Shown: positions 1-13,989 of the stretch, in pieces
How the letters are laid out: each line of letters opens with the position of its first letter
Position numbering within the stretch: the stretch's first letter is position 1
Origin: Paraphysomonas bandaiensis
Lineage: Eukaryota > Protista > Chrysophyceae
DNA: 64,000 nucleotides
Assembly: GCA_965644295.1 (NCBI GenBank)
Contig: CBFFRP010000380.1
Coordinates: 62,001 to 126,000 of the forward strand
Reading direction: 5' to 3'
Notes under the pieces: generated by a model
Told to the model about the DNA's origin: nothing
What the model saw: the letters and a program-made list of their open reading frames with translations, nothing else
The model's database searches: none
Position numbers and translations under genes: made by a program

Positions 1-776
1 TCGCCACCTTGGCCACTCCAGCTATAATGACTTTAAGTGGAGTGTCAGGGCGGAGAATTACCTCTAGTATATGCACAATACTGGCAGTATGACCCACTAA
101 GCTGTGTGAACCTAGACCCGATAACGCAGGTCGTAAACCGAAGTAGCTACTGAGGATATCCTGTGCCTTGTCGCCTTCATCGACAGGCAACAGAGACCAA
201 TCGGAATAGTCACCCAGTATGTGCCCATCCACGGGTAGAACAGGAGTAGACGTGGGAAGTGATTCCTGTACGCTCATTGTATTAAGACTCCCTCCAAAGC
301 TACTTGGTTCTGCCACCCTTTCTACAACAATATATCAATAATTTATCGACATAAAAGGCATTATCAAACCTGCTGGGGAGGGCTTACAATGAGGAGAACT
401 CACCAAAGACTCTATGCTCAATGATGACAACTCTTCCAGTAACACAGATGTCGATTGATAAAGCTACATATCAACTGTTACCAGATAGTAATGATACACA
501 TGTCTCCATCACCATCATCTCATCATCAGATAGCCCATCATTATCATCACTATCAGAGGTCTCCACAGTATACTCCATACTCATATCTTCAGATACTTTC
601 ATCTATTAACACATCAATCTATTGATTATATTCATATATAGCCATATATACCATAGCTGTATCGAGCTCTTGCTCAAGCTCATGTGTGAGCTCCGCCAGA
701 CGATGAATCTTATCACACATACATTATTATCATTCGATTATATTCACATAATAATCACCTCAACTGGCTCTTCCAT
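1..776 (-). CDS. 5' part of a multi-exon hypothetical protein (continues beyond the left edge)
   Basis: Manual splicing on the minus strand gives MEEPVE / IHRLAELTHELEQELDTAM / MKVSEDMS...CVSLLS / ELSSLSIESL...PSPA / ERVAEPSS...GVAKVA across four short GT-AG introns. The last exon (~323 to 1) stays open to the window edge, which is why the ORF track misses it. Confidence 0.65.
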
Positions 777-871
777 GGGTGATCACAATGGCATGTCTGA
801 GTGGTTATTTCATATATAGGAGGATGCCAAGCTCTTAGCAAGGAATTATAGAGTACTCTATACATACACAG

Positions 872-1059
872 CATACAGCAGTACACACATACATCACAGC
901 AGGACATACAGCAGTACACACATACATATCACACAGTTGGACATACAGCAGTACACACATACATCACAGCAGGACATACAGCAGTACACACATACATATC
1001 ACACAGTTGGACATACAGCAGTACACACATACATATCACACAGTTGGACATACAGCAGT
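872..1059. repeat. Minisatellite of 33-nt and 37-nt units, core CATACAGCAGTACACACATACAT
   Basis: Unit A ends ...CACAGCAGGA and unit B ends ...ATCACACAGTTGGA, in the order A-B-A-B-B plus a partial unit. Confidence 0.9.
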
Positions 1060-1723
1060 TTAGTATAGAGATGATGCATTGTGTACAGCAACATACAGTA
1101 CCTGACTACTTCTAACACAAGTATAGAAAGAACAATGCAGCAGTACATATTCATGCTGTGGTTGCTATCTATATACAGCAGTTGAAAAATACGAGAGTGT
1201 ATTTCAGTATCATATCAGTTGCGGAATCATGGGAATGACATTAACATTAAGTTACATGAGAATTATATCATTATACCACTCTATAAGCGCCTGTCAAGAG
1301 TAATTTATCATTAGACAAGAGAGACCATTGTCGAAGTCAGGTTGGATGCATCAAAATAGCTGTTACGAATGAATGTGGAAGAGTTCTAGCTCTAATTTAA
1401 TCTCGTGCGCTCTATTAGAGTCATGTGAATAAGCTATGCTATTAGACACCTTCCAATGGATGATCCTTGAGAATAGATATAGAAAATCACTATTGTATAT
1501 TGACTGAGTGAGGAGAATACTGAAGTTCATAACTGCTAACAGACGTGATCAGTGATAATATAACTAAGTCGATTCCAGGTAATTAATTAATGAAATAATT
1601 AATTAATGTAACAACTAGTCGTCTATATACTATCATACGAAACACGTGGTAAAAGAATATTGGTAATTTGACCTTCTGTGCACATGAGATTATGATACCC
1701 TAATAATGAAAATTTTCGATCGC

Positions 1724-3506
1724 TTATAACCAATCTCTTGTGCTAGTCTTCGTTTCCCTATTTATGACTATGTAGCTTCTAGAGTATATAAATTGACTTC
1801 GGATGTTGTTACCTGAAGAAGGGGTGTCGTTAGCGGATATAACCGGAGGAGGTGGTAGATCATGAGTAGATGCTGCGTTCTGAACCTTAGAGGGCGAAAC
1901 ACGTACCGGAGTTGAGGTCGCTCTACTTCTTGGGGGTAGTTTTATAGACTTACAGTAGGTGGCTTTCACCTGCAACATGGCTTGCATAGATTCGATATCT
2001 GCGAATCTATATACTGAAGTGGCCTGTAAGTCACAAACCAGCGACCGAGGAACAGAAGGTGTGGACACAAAAAATGCAGGCTTTACGGAGGTTACTTGCG
2101 ATAAACTGGTGACAACTCTATGGCCAGGAGGTTCAGCCTGCGTACGTCTCTTTCTCACTGGAAAGCTTAATTCATCCTTAGCTGAAACGGATGGCGGACA
2201 CCTGTCTGGTTCGCTGCTAGGATAACTAGTCACTGGTGTGGTCAAGAGCGGGGAGGACTCAGTGCGCTTCCTATAAGATGAGTCAGACATGCACTTTTGG
2301 CCAAGTAGTTGTGTTTGCGATTTTCCTCTACTACTTGGGTCTTCTAGGCGAAATACTAAAAGCATGGGATGGGCAAGTGTGCTCTCAGGGATTAGCATAA
2401 TGCCAGGTTCTGCTTCTTGGTCAACCACATGGTGGATAACAGAGTAGGACGCATATGCACTCTCAGTCCTTCCAACCAATTTTAAGGCAGTCATGATTAG
2501 CTCCTGTAGAGAGGCTCGGGGAAACTCATTCCTCCATGTAGTAGAGTTTTCAGCAAGGACCCTCTCGGCAGCGGACATGCATGACGAAAACACACCATTT
2601 AAGCCAACTTCGGACCCCTCCAAGCGGCAACCCTGGACCACAATACGGTCCCGCAAGAGATCTTTTTCAACTTGATCTATTGTGACCTCGTCACCGAGTG
2701 CGCCCGGGCACCAACTCTGTGGTGTGTCAAAAGCAGTAGACAGATTTACTTTACAGGGGAGATTAGAAGCTAGGCTTGTTAGGGTCACTGGGAATAGCAC
2801 GAAATTAGCACGGGTTGAGATTTATAAAAAATATACACGTACGAGGAAATGATGTGAGTTCATGTGAAGGTATAATTGTCCACTCTGCATAGTTGATAAT
2901 TGGAAATAAAGCATTGTCTGCCAATTCGTGCTTGTCGACTTCCAGAAATTTTTCCAGAAGTCCTATTATGTATGCATCTGACATGCATTTCTCGTCCAGA
3001 CAAACTTCCCGAATCCATTGGTCAAGTGACAATCTTCTCTGCTCATACTGTTCATTGCTTGGGTTCAGGCTCAAAATAACTTTGACGGGAAAGGAGTGTT
3101 TAAGGTGATTCAAAGAGCCCATAGGAAATGACCACCGGAGCTCGTACAGTGCAGAATACCTTTTCTCAATACTCCATTTCCTCCCGTCACGCAAAATTAC
3201 ATTTAAACGATAAAACACTTTCTCTTCATTTTTGGACACTTGTTTCCTGCTCCATGATGGTATACTCACATAGAAACTCGATTTTTGAATGGCCCGTGCT
3301 TCCGAATACAGCGGTAGAGTAGGGCTCATCACTCTGTCCCGCCACTCCCCCGGTGTTTCGGACACCCAAGATGTGTCCACAGACCCGGACTGAAGCATTT
3401 TAAGGGCTGCATATATATCACCTCTAGTTTCGTGAAGTGCTTGTTTAGCCTCCTCTTCAGAGAACCCTCTCCCAATAAGGTCATCTAAATCCGTCGCAGG
3501 CTCCAT
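1724..3506 (-). CDS. UBA-like and PX domain protein (2 exons)
   Basis: N-terminal UBA-like LIGRGFSEEEAKQALHETRGDIYAAL; PX features WSIEKRYSALYEL, FPVK, RRLSLDQWI. ORFs 2805-3506 and 1724-2800 are joined by an intron at ~2789-2842 (GTACGT...CCCAG). Confidence 0.8.
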
Positions 3507-4068
3507 CTCTAAACACTATCACCTAAATAAATAGGCCTTAGAATGCCTTTAATTAAATATCAAGATCATACGGTGCAAGAGATGCGGTGATTGTATTATT
3601 ATTACTTGCCTATCTGGACATTTGGACATCTGAATCCTGTTTTTTGAGATTTTTATTTGTGTCATACAAAAGGGTCATTTTTATATATCCAGCAACAGGA
3701 ATATTCCCTTCTGTCACATTCTTGAATTACACAAAGCCCGAAATCCCTGTTTTTACAGTACATTCTCTCAAATCTCCAGTTTTACACAAAAGTTCACCAT
3801 ATATGCTAGATATACACACACTATGTAACGGTTGCTGTATATGGTACGTTAGTATATATATATATACACTCTGTATGCTGGTGTATATGGATGAGTAGTA
3901 CAGTATGCATGTCTCAGGTACACAGGACTATACAGCAGTTCTCATACATTACTACTATATATACTTATCATCTCCATTAGACATTCCAATTCCAACCTCT
4001 TACTAGCCTTTAGCTTTCATCGATCGACCTCTTACTATTTGTCCAAGAATGTGGCTATAAGAGGCATC

Positions 4069-5076
4069 ATGGAGGCAGGGGCCGCGTACGTAACTCCATT
4101 CGGCTATCATATGCAGCTGTCTGTAGATAGCATCGTATCCGTATCACGAACCACTACTTGTGATATTATGTGTACATCGAACACAGCATCACAACTAGCC
4201 ACAGATGACAACCCGGACCCATTGTCACGAACTAGTTTAAAAGCAGAAGCGACCCTTCCTTATAAGGAGAGCTCTAAGCCGACTCTCCCTAAGGGCAACA
4301 CAGTATTCACCAAATATAGACATACAGAGTTAAGAATAAAAAAGAGCGCCGAAATGAGGAAGGAACGAGATGAATTTTTTAAAAAGTTGGCTTTGGAGCG
4401 CGCACAGAAAAGACATAGAGAGGAACATTCTGCCACGAAAATTCAGTCCCATATTAGAGGGTATTTAGCGAGACCCCGACCAGAAAAAGTGGTAAAAATT
4501 CACCAGTCACGCCCGCTTAGAGTAGCTGCGCCTCACACAGTTGAGGCCCGACAACTGCAGGATGAGTTGTGTGACTATGCTCTGTCATTGGGTCTGAAAC
4601 CAATTCCTGGTCTCACTCTAGAAACAAGAGCGAAGCACAATAGAAGGAAAGACAGGATTGAACTCGCGGCATCACTTCGTCTGCAGTCCTTCTTTCGAAT
4701 GATGACTTGCATGTTGCGAACGCGGAAAAGTGCTATTCGTGCACGCAAGACACTTCAGAATAACGCTGCCTGTACGCTTCAGCGGTTTTTCGTGTTTGTG
4801 CGCAAGAAGATCCACAAAGATAAGCTGCTGAATCAAAACCAGCACTTTGCAGCCATTAAAATTCAGACTAGATTTCGGATGTTCGTATCATTTCACAAGT
4901 AAGGATATTGCTATACTTGAGATGATGTGGTTAAAATGTATGTGTGCAGAGTTCGTGCCCTGAAGAAGCAGCGGGATATGCGGCGGCGGCAGGAGGATGC
5001 ACGAACCATGATCCGGCGGACTCTGCTTCGACGGATATTGAAATCACGACTTGCCGAGCACCAGAAGAATTCTTGA
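4069..5076 (+). CDS. IQ-motif (calmodulin/centrin-binding) protein
   Basis: ATKIQSHIRGYLAR, SLRLQSFFR, ACTLQRFF and AIKIQTRFRMF; intron ~4899-4949; short second exon ends at TGA 5076. Confidence 0.8.
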
Positions 5077-6553
5077 ATGAAGTATCTGTATTATAGAGTT
5101 CTGAGAATATGATGTGATGCGCGATTTGTGTCTATAGTTTGTAAAGCATACAGCCTATTTGACAACTGATTCCTTACAAGACCGCAACACTGAAAAATTA
5201 TAAGAGTTAGGTGTAGATGACGATTGAACGACATATTATATCCATATGATTGTATGTTATGTAATAATATTTATTGTTCGTGTAATGCAGTACTATTTTC
5301 TATACTGTGATTGCATAGCACAGCAGGTAATTGACAATTCATAAAATTTGTTCTAATGTTATTGATGCCGGTTCAATTCAATAACTATTGCTAGTTATTT
5401 CTTACGTTGTCTTAGCCACTCAAGATTGGATACTAGATATATGTTATGCCTGGGTAATACTTGGGTCATCACTTATTGAGTGTTGAAAGCACAAACGAAT
5501 AAAATATTTGCAAAATTTTGACCATTCGAATTCTAATATCACCTCTTATTCCTAGCTACCATACAAGCAAATTAAAATCTGAAATGTTTCACTTTCTAAT
5601 TTTTAAAACACAGTTTCGTTGAAATGACGTAAACTGTTATCGATAATCTGCTTTTCCTCACAACCAGAAACAGGTGAAGAATGAAATGTACGGCTATCTT
5701 CATCTAGGTGTAATATTTACTGAAATTAGAGTTGTTATCCCCGAATATGATTCAGAGTGTAAGTGTAGTTTGTGATTTTAAGAATAAACGGTAGTATAAG
5801 TCACCATACCATAGATAACTTATAATAAAGAAGTAAATAACGCTCTATGTTATTATCAATTTGTGGCTTGACAGTACTTTACAACATTAACTTGTTCTAG
5901 GAGTAAGCTATCTAGATAATAAAGTTAATAAGCAATTCATAATACTGAGGCTAATTCCATTCTGGTGAATGAACTCGACAGTGTAGATACGATATTCAAG
6001 AGTACACTGTTTAAGAGTTCAGAGGGTGCCAGCTAGTGATATTGCACTGTTACTTCGGAATCATTATAGCGCTCAATGAGCAAACTACAACAAGCAAAGT
6101 AAAGCATCAAAGACTAATGCTTTAAAAACTAAAACCCCATACTAGTTAATATCTTGGCATATCTTCTATATAGAATTACTCTGATAGGCTCTTACCATTC
6201 CACCCTCACCATATCAGCAGGCGCAATCAGTTTTTTGGGAAAAAAATCGTTGTTTTTAGAACGTTCTCCTTCAAAAGTCACAATCGTACAATTTTATAGA
6301 TACTTTCCCATATAAAAGTCCTTTCCATTTTTTTAATTTTTCAGTTTCCCTTTGCCTGTTGAAGATATTTTAAGGTGTTTCTTTGTGCAACAACTGCTCC
6401 TGCTTCGAGATGAATAGATTGATATACATGTATTTGCTTTTTGAATATGGGGAATATATTGATTTACACTCTAGAATTAGTTTGATATTAGTTCACTTGC
6501 TACGTCGAGGAGGGGTTGAGGATAAACTATTTGTTGTGTCACCGGAATAGACA

Positions 6554-8174
6554 ATGAAGTTGAAACGGTTTCTACTCCGCTACTATCCGCCAGGTAATGA
6601 TATGAATGGAGTGCAATGGGAATTAAATAATAACACTGGAAATGTTTATATAGGTATTATTCTAGAATATGAATTGCGTGATAAGACACGAGAAATGAAA
6701 GAGATCGATTTGCTACACTTAACTCCAGAGTAAGATATTTGTTGTTAATGTGATTATTTAATGTGTGTTGTAGTGCTGATGTAGATGTTATTGTGAATCA
6801 AATTGTCTTTGAGGAGCCCCTCATTTCCGAAAGCAAGAAGCCACACTTGCGTAGATCGTTATATAGTACGTTATATTCGTTTTCTTTGTTGCTATTTTGA
6901 CTCTGTACACAGAGTTGATTGAAAAGCTCGAAAGTAATGAAGCGAGCGACTTCTTTCTGTTTAAAATTCTCCGCGCACACATCTTACCTCTAACGAATTG
7001 CGCATTCAACAAGTCGGGAGATAAATTTATCACTGGTAGTTATGACAGGACGTGTAAAGTATGGAATACTATTACTGGAGATGAACTTTTAACACTAGAG
7101 GGACATCGTAACGTTGTATACGCCATTGCCTTTAATAACCCGTATGGTGACAAAGTTATCACTGGCTCTTTTGGTATGTTTTGTAATTGTTGTACCGCCG
7201 TAAAACTAAGTGTTATTGTAGATAAAACATGCAAACTATGGAGTGCGGAGACGGGGCAGTTATATCACACCTTCCGCGGGCATGCAACGGAGATAGTTTG
7301 CTTGTCCTTCAACCCACACGGAACAATGATAGCTACCGGGTCGATGGACAATACAGCCCGCTTATGGGATGTAGAGGCCGGGGAATGCTTGCATACACTT
7401 TTGGGACACACTGCAGAGATCGTATCATTAGACTTTGACACGCATGGACAACGGATAATTACCGGATCTTTTGATAATACCGTCAAGGTGTGGGATGTGC
7501 GGAATGGACGGTGCATCCACACTCTCAACGGACATCAGGGCGAGATCAGTTCCTGCCAATTTAATTACGCATCAGATCTGTGTATCAGTGGATCCATTGA
7601 CAGAACTTGCAAGGTATTTTTCCCTGTTGTCTTGTGTTCTGCGTGCAGAAAACCCCATTCATTCTATCCTTGCACTCTCAAGTGGTCTTTCGTAGACCCG
7701 CACCATGCAAGCATATGCAATGTCGTCCTTTGAATTTTATATTTTAGCCTTGTGCTTACTGTATCTGTTTGCTATGAACAGGTGTGGGACGTTCAGAGTG
7801 GGACCTGTATTCACACCTTGCGTGGACACAACGATGAGATCCTGGATGTATCCTTCAATGCCACCGGATCCAAGCTTGTTACCGCTTCTGCGGACGGAAA
7901 TTCTCGCGTGTATAACACTATGACTGGAGCCTGCCATGCCATTCTCACTGGGCACGAAGGTGAGATATCAAAGGTGGCATTCAACCCTCAGGGGTCACGG
8001 ATCTTGACCGCCTCGTCTGATAAATCTGCCCGTATATGGGAGACAGAGACAGGTGATTGCCTGCAGGTACTTGAGGGCCACACGGATGAGATTTTCAGTT
8101 GCGCATTCAATTACGAAGGTGATACAATTATCACCGGCTCCAAGGATAACACATGCAGGATATGGAAGTGCTGA
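6554..8174 (+). CDS. DAW1: Dynein assembly factor with WD repeats 1 (WDR69/ODA16)
   Basis: Characteristic N-terminus [19 protein letters not shown], then [28 protein letters not shown] and WD40 repeats ending [12 protein letters not shown]; five introns. Confidence 0.95.
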
Positions 8175-11167
8175 GGGCGCTAGTACGAATGTGTTCAGTG
8201 AAATTTATCGCTGCTTATGTTGGAGCAAGTGGGCGTGTAGTTCGTAGCTAGATGAATCAATTCTTAGTTCTTGTGGAATTTGCTGACGTGAAGCCAACAA
8301 TGAAAGTGGCTGTCAGTATACATATAGGTAGGAATGAGTAAAATGTAGAGTGGTAACTGCTTTATTGAGAGCTTCGCGCTCTCTTTGTGCGGTGTCTAGG
8401 TAGCCACTGCGTTTCATCATGTTACACTAACTGTAAAACTAGCCAACTACCGCTGCAAACATGTGTGAGTAACGAAAAATAAAATTAATAGTATGAATTG
8501 AATTACAAAGGTGTTTGCAATTTAATGTCTTTATTTACATTGGCTTGGATATGATAGTTCTTAGAGCAGCCAGTATGATATATCTAATCCACAGTATGCT
8601 GTACATATACTAAATCTGTTTCGTTATATGGCCTGCTAGTTATTACTGGAGTAGCTATGACGAACACATCGAACATTGGATTAGTATGCTTGTATATACA
8701 CAAAGTTATTGATTCATTAGCAAAATCATATCAATACCAAAAACAGAAAAACTGGCACACTTTGACAATTGGAGATACAGAGAATAAGACAGTGAAAGCC
8801 TGTCATAAAGAGTGTTACTAGAGTAGAAAATAGTAAAAAATGAATCATAATATATCATATTCATGTTAGTGTATAGTCATACGACGTCATTTCTCTTGCA
8901 ATTGATACAGTCTAAAGAAAGAGCTGAAACCAGAATATAGATATAGATTCAACTCGTGTTAATATGGAGCGTACCCTCATACGAGATTATATGGTTTTCA
9001 AGTAATATTTAAGAGTGAAATACCCAAAAAATTCACATAAGAATGTGCTCTAGGTGCCCTATATAGCGGTAGCTGGGGCCTCCTAGTACCCGAAATTTCC
9101 GATCATCTATCTACAAGGTATTCGTAATTAAGTGTTTAGTTTACTTGAGTATATCTATCTGCTTAATGGTTTGATTGGGGTGGCTATATACTTATGTATG
9201 TATCTTGTGTTTATCTGGCCGAAAAAGGACAAACCGGGTGCGGCTATATGATGTTACCACTACTGCTGTATATCCTGCCGTATTATCATATACGGGTAGG
9301 AATTCCTATTCCTACCAGACAAGTCCAGAAAAACGAGAAAAGTTCTCACTCATCATCACCACTCACTATTCATCACACCTCAGTTTAAAGGATAGCGGCA
9401 ATTTATTTTTTTCTCCCTTTTTTACTATTTTTACCCATTTTACCCTAAAAATACAGCATTCTATTGAGAAAAGGGTAGATGTAAAAAAGGTAATTTATTG
9501 CATACGGTTTACCCCAATAATGGAGCTCTATCTGTGGAAGAGATAAAAGACGTGATAGACACATTAAAAGATAGCAACAATTACAAGACAATATCGACAT
9601 AAGACAGCAATGTCACAACCCTTTAAAGGAAAGATAAGACGAGGTTTATTCGTGGCATCATTAAGTGGGTTATTCCAGTCGTTATTAAGCATCTGATTGA
9701 GCAAGCAGGCGATCTGGTAAGTATGAAGAAGAAGAGCAGTAGAAGGCCAAAAGTTGACTTAAATGTATGGAGTCTATGTATATTTATACTCATAGAGCGT
9801 ATAACTTTTATCTTTTCTATAGTGAGAGTATGAAAATATGTACAGAGTTGAAACACATTGACACACGCTCACACGCTTAATATGCATATCACCAGTATTC
9901 ATCACAGTGAGCCCTTGAGCCGAGTGCACCTTCATAGACATCGTAAAAACATATAAATCATAAGTATATATACTGTGACAGCAGGTAACCCAAGAAATAA
10001 TAATAAGCTTGTAATTTATTATTGCAATACAGATATCTTTCTCCTCTATATTATGTATACTCCAGGTGTTAGAACATGACAAGTACATTGTATACTATAT
10101 GCACGCTGTATATTTAGCTATATTTTGACATTTATACGCATGTTTATACGTATGGAGACTCTTATTTTACTAATTATACGCCTATCGCAAGCACTTACAT
10201 GCACCACCCCAGCAGCTCCCAGAGGGCACCCAAGGCATCTGGTACACTCTATACTATCTATGTCTATAATGTTTTTATAGCCTTGAAATTTCATCAATAT
10301 GTGTTTTTATAACATGTTAATATACTCTATTTCTAGGTATACCTCAGAATCCCTTCAGCGTCTTTCAACTACTTCTCCCAGTGTCCTGATAAACTTGTAT
10401 TACAATTCATTAGGGGCAGCATTTCACTGCATGTTATGTCTCTATAATACTCTGCAACATGCAAAATTTGACCCATTTCTCTACACGTTTTCTTAATATA
10501 TGCTCTCTTGTTTTCACTGGATCTTTGACTTCCCAAAGTGACGCCCAGAGCTGCCGCAAGGAAACTGAATAAGTCCGCACAGTGGCAGAACCAGACACCC
10601 TTGTGGTTAACGTAGTGGAGTATGAAGCCACCCAATGAGAGGTATGGCATATTAGACTGCCTAATATCGAGACTTAAACAGTTCTTAGGTGTTGTCATCG
10701 CGCCTTATGGTGGCCACTGGAACATATTTGTTATTTCATGACGTTCGCTTATTCACTGGGAATACTGACCTGATTACACACGGTAGATATTGTCAGTAAG
10801 GCACATAGTAGTAATAAGAGTCCTCTACAAGAATATAATATATATAAGTACCTTTATGCAGCCATACGCTCGATATGGTCGTTAAGAGGGACCTACATTA
10901 ACGCTGAATCACCTACATAAACGCTGAATTCTGCACACCAGAATATCTCCACTTCAACCCCCCCCCCTACACACACTCCCATACAAAAAAACAGAATTCA
11001 TTTTTCTGGACTTGTGTGGTAGGACCTATACACATGTACCATACCATACATATAGCCTCACTGTATACTCTGTATATCATCATATCAAATATGTAGACAT
11101 GTAGACCTATAACTCATATATACATACATATATCACATTACATTCCACTCATAAAGAGTCTGATAGA

Positions 11168-12547
11168 ATGATTAACTCAATCTTAGTCACATTTTCAATC
11201 TTATTCCTGGTTAAAGGGGATTTGAACTACGTTCCAGTGGATGAAGATGTGGGTGAGTGGTCATAGTTTGTTGCAGTTATATATATAATCGTTGTTGTCA
11301 GGTAAAGACATGACTGAAATCGTTCAGACACGAGGCTATCAAATTGAATCACACTATGTTACTACGAAAGATGGATATATTCTTAATGTATTCCGGATTC
11401 CAAGAGGTGCTGCGTCTGATTCTATTGCGACCACTAGACCCCCAGTGCTATTACAACATGGCCTGTTGGACTCGTCTTACACATGGGTGAATAACTATGC
11501 ATATGAGTCCCTGGGCTTTATCCTAGCTGATGCCGGATTTGATGTGTGGTTTGGTAATAACCGAGGTAATCGATACAGTCGCAATCACACAACTCTAGAT
11601 CCGAATGATGGGTCTCCGGAATTTTGGGAATTTACCTGGGATGACATGGCGAGTCAGGACGTTCCTGCTGTTATATACTACATACTGGAACAGACAGGAG
11701 CAGAATCATTAGGGTATGTGGGACACAGCGAGGGAACAATACAAATGTTTGCTGCAGGCGTTTCTACGGATGATTCTTATGTAAGTGGTGCAGTTTCCAA
11801 GGTCAACATTTTTGTTGCGCTCGCTCCCGTCACATATGTTTCGCAAATGAGATCGAAAGTCTTCATTGCATTGGCTGAAAGCGCTCTACCTGAGAAGCTT
11901 TATCAGAAAGGTATTGTTATTGTTATTGTTTATAATGTCTTTTCTTCTGTTTTGTTTTTCTATAGGGGACTATGAATTTCTGCCATATGGACCCGTTGAT
12001 CAAATTGCGCCGGAGATATGCCACCTTGTACAACGCGGATGCGATATCTTCTTGATGGCACTATGTGGTCCAACGAAACATATTAACGCCTCTCGCATAC
12101 AGGTTTACGTATCTGAGACTCCAGCTGGAACATCTATGATGAATATGATACACTGGCAGCAGGTAAGACACAGCCTTGCAGCTTGAACCTGACTCCTGGC
12201 CTTATTCTCACATGTCACATTATCGACAGGGTGTTTTAAAGCCAACATTCCAGAAATTTGACTATGGCACCGATGCTGCTAACACGGAGCATTATGGGAC
12301 CTCTGAACCGCCTCTTTACGATCTCAGCAAGCTCTCAGTTCCTACCGCTCTCTTCTATGGGTTGAACGATTATCTCGCAGACCCTAACGATGTGCAGCGT
12401 CTATTGGAGGAGGCTCCTGCAGATAAGATCGTCTTCACTGATGTGCAGGAGGAATACGCTCACTTGGATTACACATGGGCACCGGACGCCTATGAGAAAA
12501 TATATGGGAAAGTCAACGATTTACTAAAGCAGTATGCGGCCAAATAA
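11168..12547 (+). CDS. Lysosomal acid lipase / gastric lipase family
   Basis: Signal peptide-like start; LLQHGLLDSS, DVWFGNNRGN, nucleophile GHSEG, DYLAD, HLDY; three short introns. Confidence 0.92.
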
Positions 12548-12974
12548 ATAAATTTGTGCTGATCCTGACTTTGAATATTCTATACTATTGCAACGATATT
12601 GCATGTATGTAATATCAAGCCGTTCTAGTGCAATGGATGCGAATAATGATATGTTGCAATGCTAGTGTCTATGTGTGATAATTTCATACTGGCGAATGGT
12701 TTGACATATCTAGTGTCATCGTGTATTCTATATATACTTTTTAAGTATTACGTAATTAAGTATAAGTTGTTAAGAGCAACACCTCCAAGTGTTTAGTGAG
12801 TTAACAAAGTATTTAATCTAAAAGCAACGAAGAATGGTGATTGTCATAGCACTTATTCAGCAGCCAGTACACATATCGTACAGTGTGTCAATATTTTTAT
12901 CTAGTTCATTATGGTCGAATATTGTAGATATCTATTATTAGTTGGAAAAAGTATAATATCTATAGTCAAGATGA

Positions 12975-13460
12975 CTACACATCCTTTCGTTTCAGGCTAT
13001 TCCTAGCAACAGCTGCGTACGCCAGAAAAACTGGCGCAATAGACCACGGCACATTTACCACAAATACCATGAAAACGTTTGTACCAGGTACAATATAAGC
13101 AAATTCCATGGCAAAGTACACAACCGTGCTATAAAACAAAGCACCAGAAAATGGCAAGGCAATATTAGGCAGCCATTTGGCATTATACTGTAAACCATAA
13201 GCGCAAATCGCGTACAGCGGGCCGAACACAAAAACTTCGATAATGCACATGACACGAAGCCATGATGGGATATCAAGAAATAATGGATCCCAGTCGCAAT
13301 AAATTTTCCATATATTACCCACAATTACCACAATCTCGTGAGGGGAGGCAGCACATCCCTCATAACTCCAATCGCACCCAAAATAATACAGTGGCTCGAA
13401 AACTAAGGCCACAAAGGCAAAGAGCCATAAGGTCATCACTAAAGGCTTTTCAAACCACAT
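12975..13460 (-). CDS. EXPERA domain membrane protein (EBP/TMEM97/TM6SF-like)
   Basis: 161 aa with four hydrophobic segments and the YCDWDPLF...PSWLRVMCIIEVFVFGP pattern. Confidence 0.7.
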   Translation of the reverse strand: MWFEKPLVMTLWLFAFVALVFEPLYYFGCDWSYEGCAASPHEIVVIVGNIWKIYCDWDPLFLDIPSWLRVMCIIEVFVFGPLYAICAYGLQYNAKWLPNIALPFSGALFYSTVVYFAMEFAYIVPGTNVFMVFVVNVPWSIAPVFLAYAAVARNSLKRKDV

Positions 13461-13989
13461 GGATTTCTGGATACAAAAGAAATATAGAGTGTAAATCTAC
13501 AATAGTTGCTCAAGTCCCAAATGAGTCGGTTTAAGATTAGTATGCACGATCTTTATATCAGAGTCTGTCTTGTGTTATGATAATATCATACACAAGTCCC
13601 AACTGCAGTAGGAATTCCCACAGTATATCGAAAAAACCCAAAGCCATCTCTAGAAAACTCTAGCTTTCTCTATATAAAATACAACAAAAATCCTGGATTT
13701 TATTGTACGGGATATCCTCGTCTTTCAACTTTGTCAAGTATTTTTCTGCACCTATGGAACATGATCCTGGTGAGATGTATACAGAGTAGACTACGTGCAT
13801 CCCATATGCATCCCACATCTCCCTATATATACACCAAGCAACAGTATCTCTTATATATAACAGCAGGGAGTAGACAGTGTTGTTCATCAGATCATTCCTA
13901 TTCATATATATATCATCACTATTAAACATCAAGGAAATAAAGGAATAGAATAACTATAGCTCATAATTATATTAAATTAACAGATAATA

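Noticed and set aside
1-260. Hairpins (14-44 and 161-193) and a TGCCTGTCG...GGCGAC motif suggesting a LINE 5' UTR or ribozyme
   Set aside because: The region is an open exon of the minus-strand gene, and no complete hammerhead or HDV core could be built.
7614-7781. Unusually long DAW1 intron that might host a snoRNA
   Set aside because: No convincing C/D or H/ACA box arrangement.
9050-10700. Weak inverted repeat (~9050-9080 vs ~10205-10235) and short ORFs suggesting a decayed DNA transposon
   Set aside because: No recognisable protein motif or TSD.
10891-10930. 20-bp tandem duplication ACCTACAT.AACGCTGAAT
   Set aside because: Isolated slippage-type duplication with no further structure.
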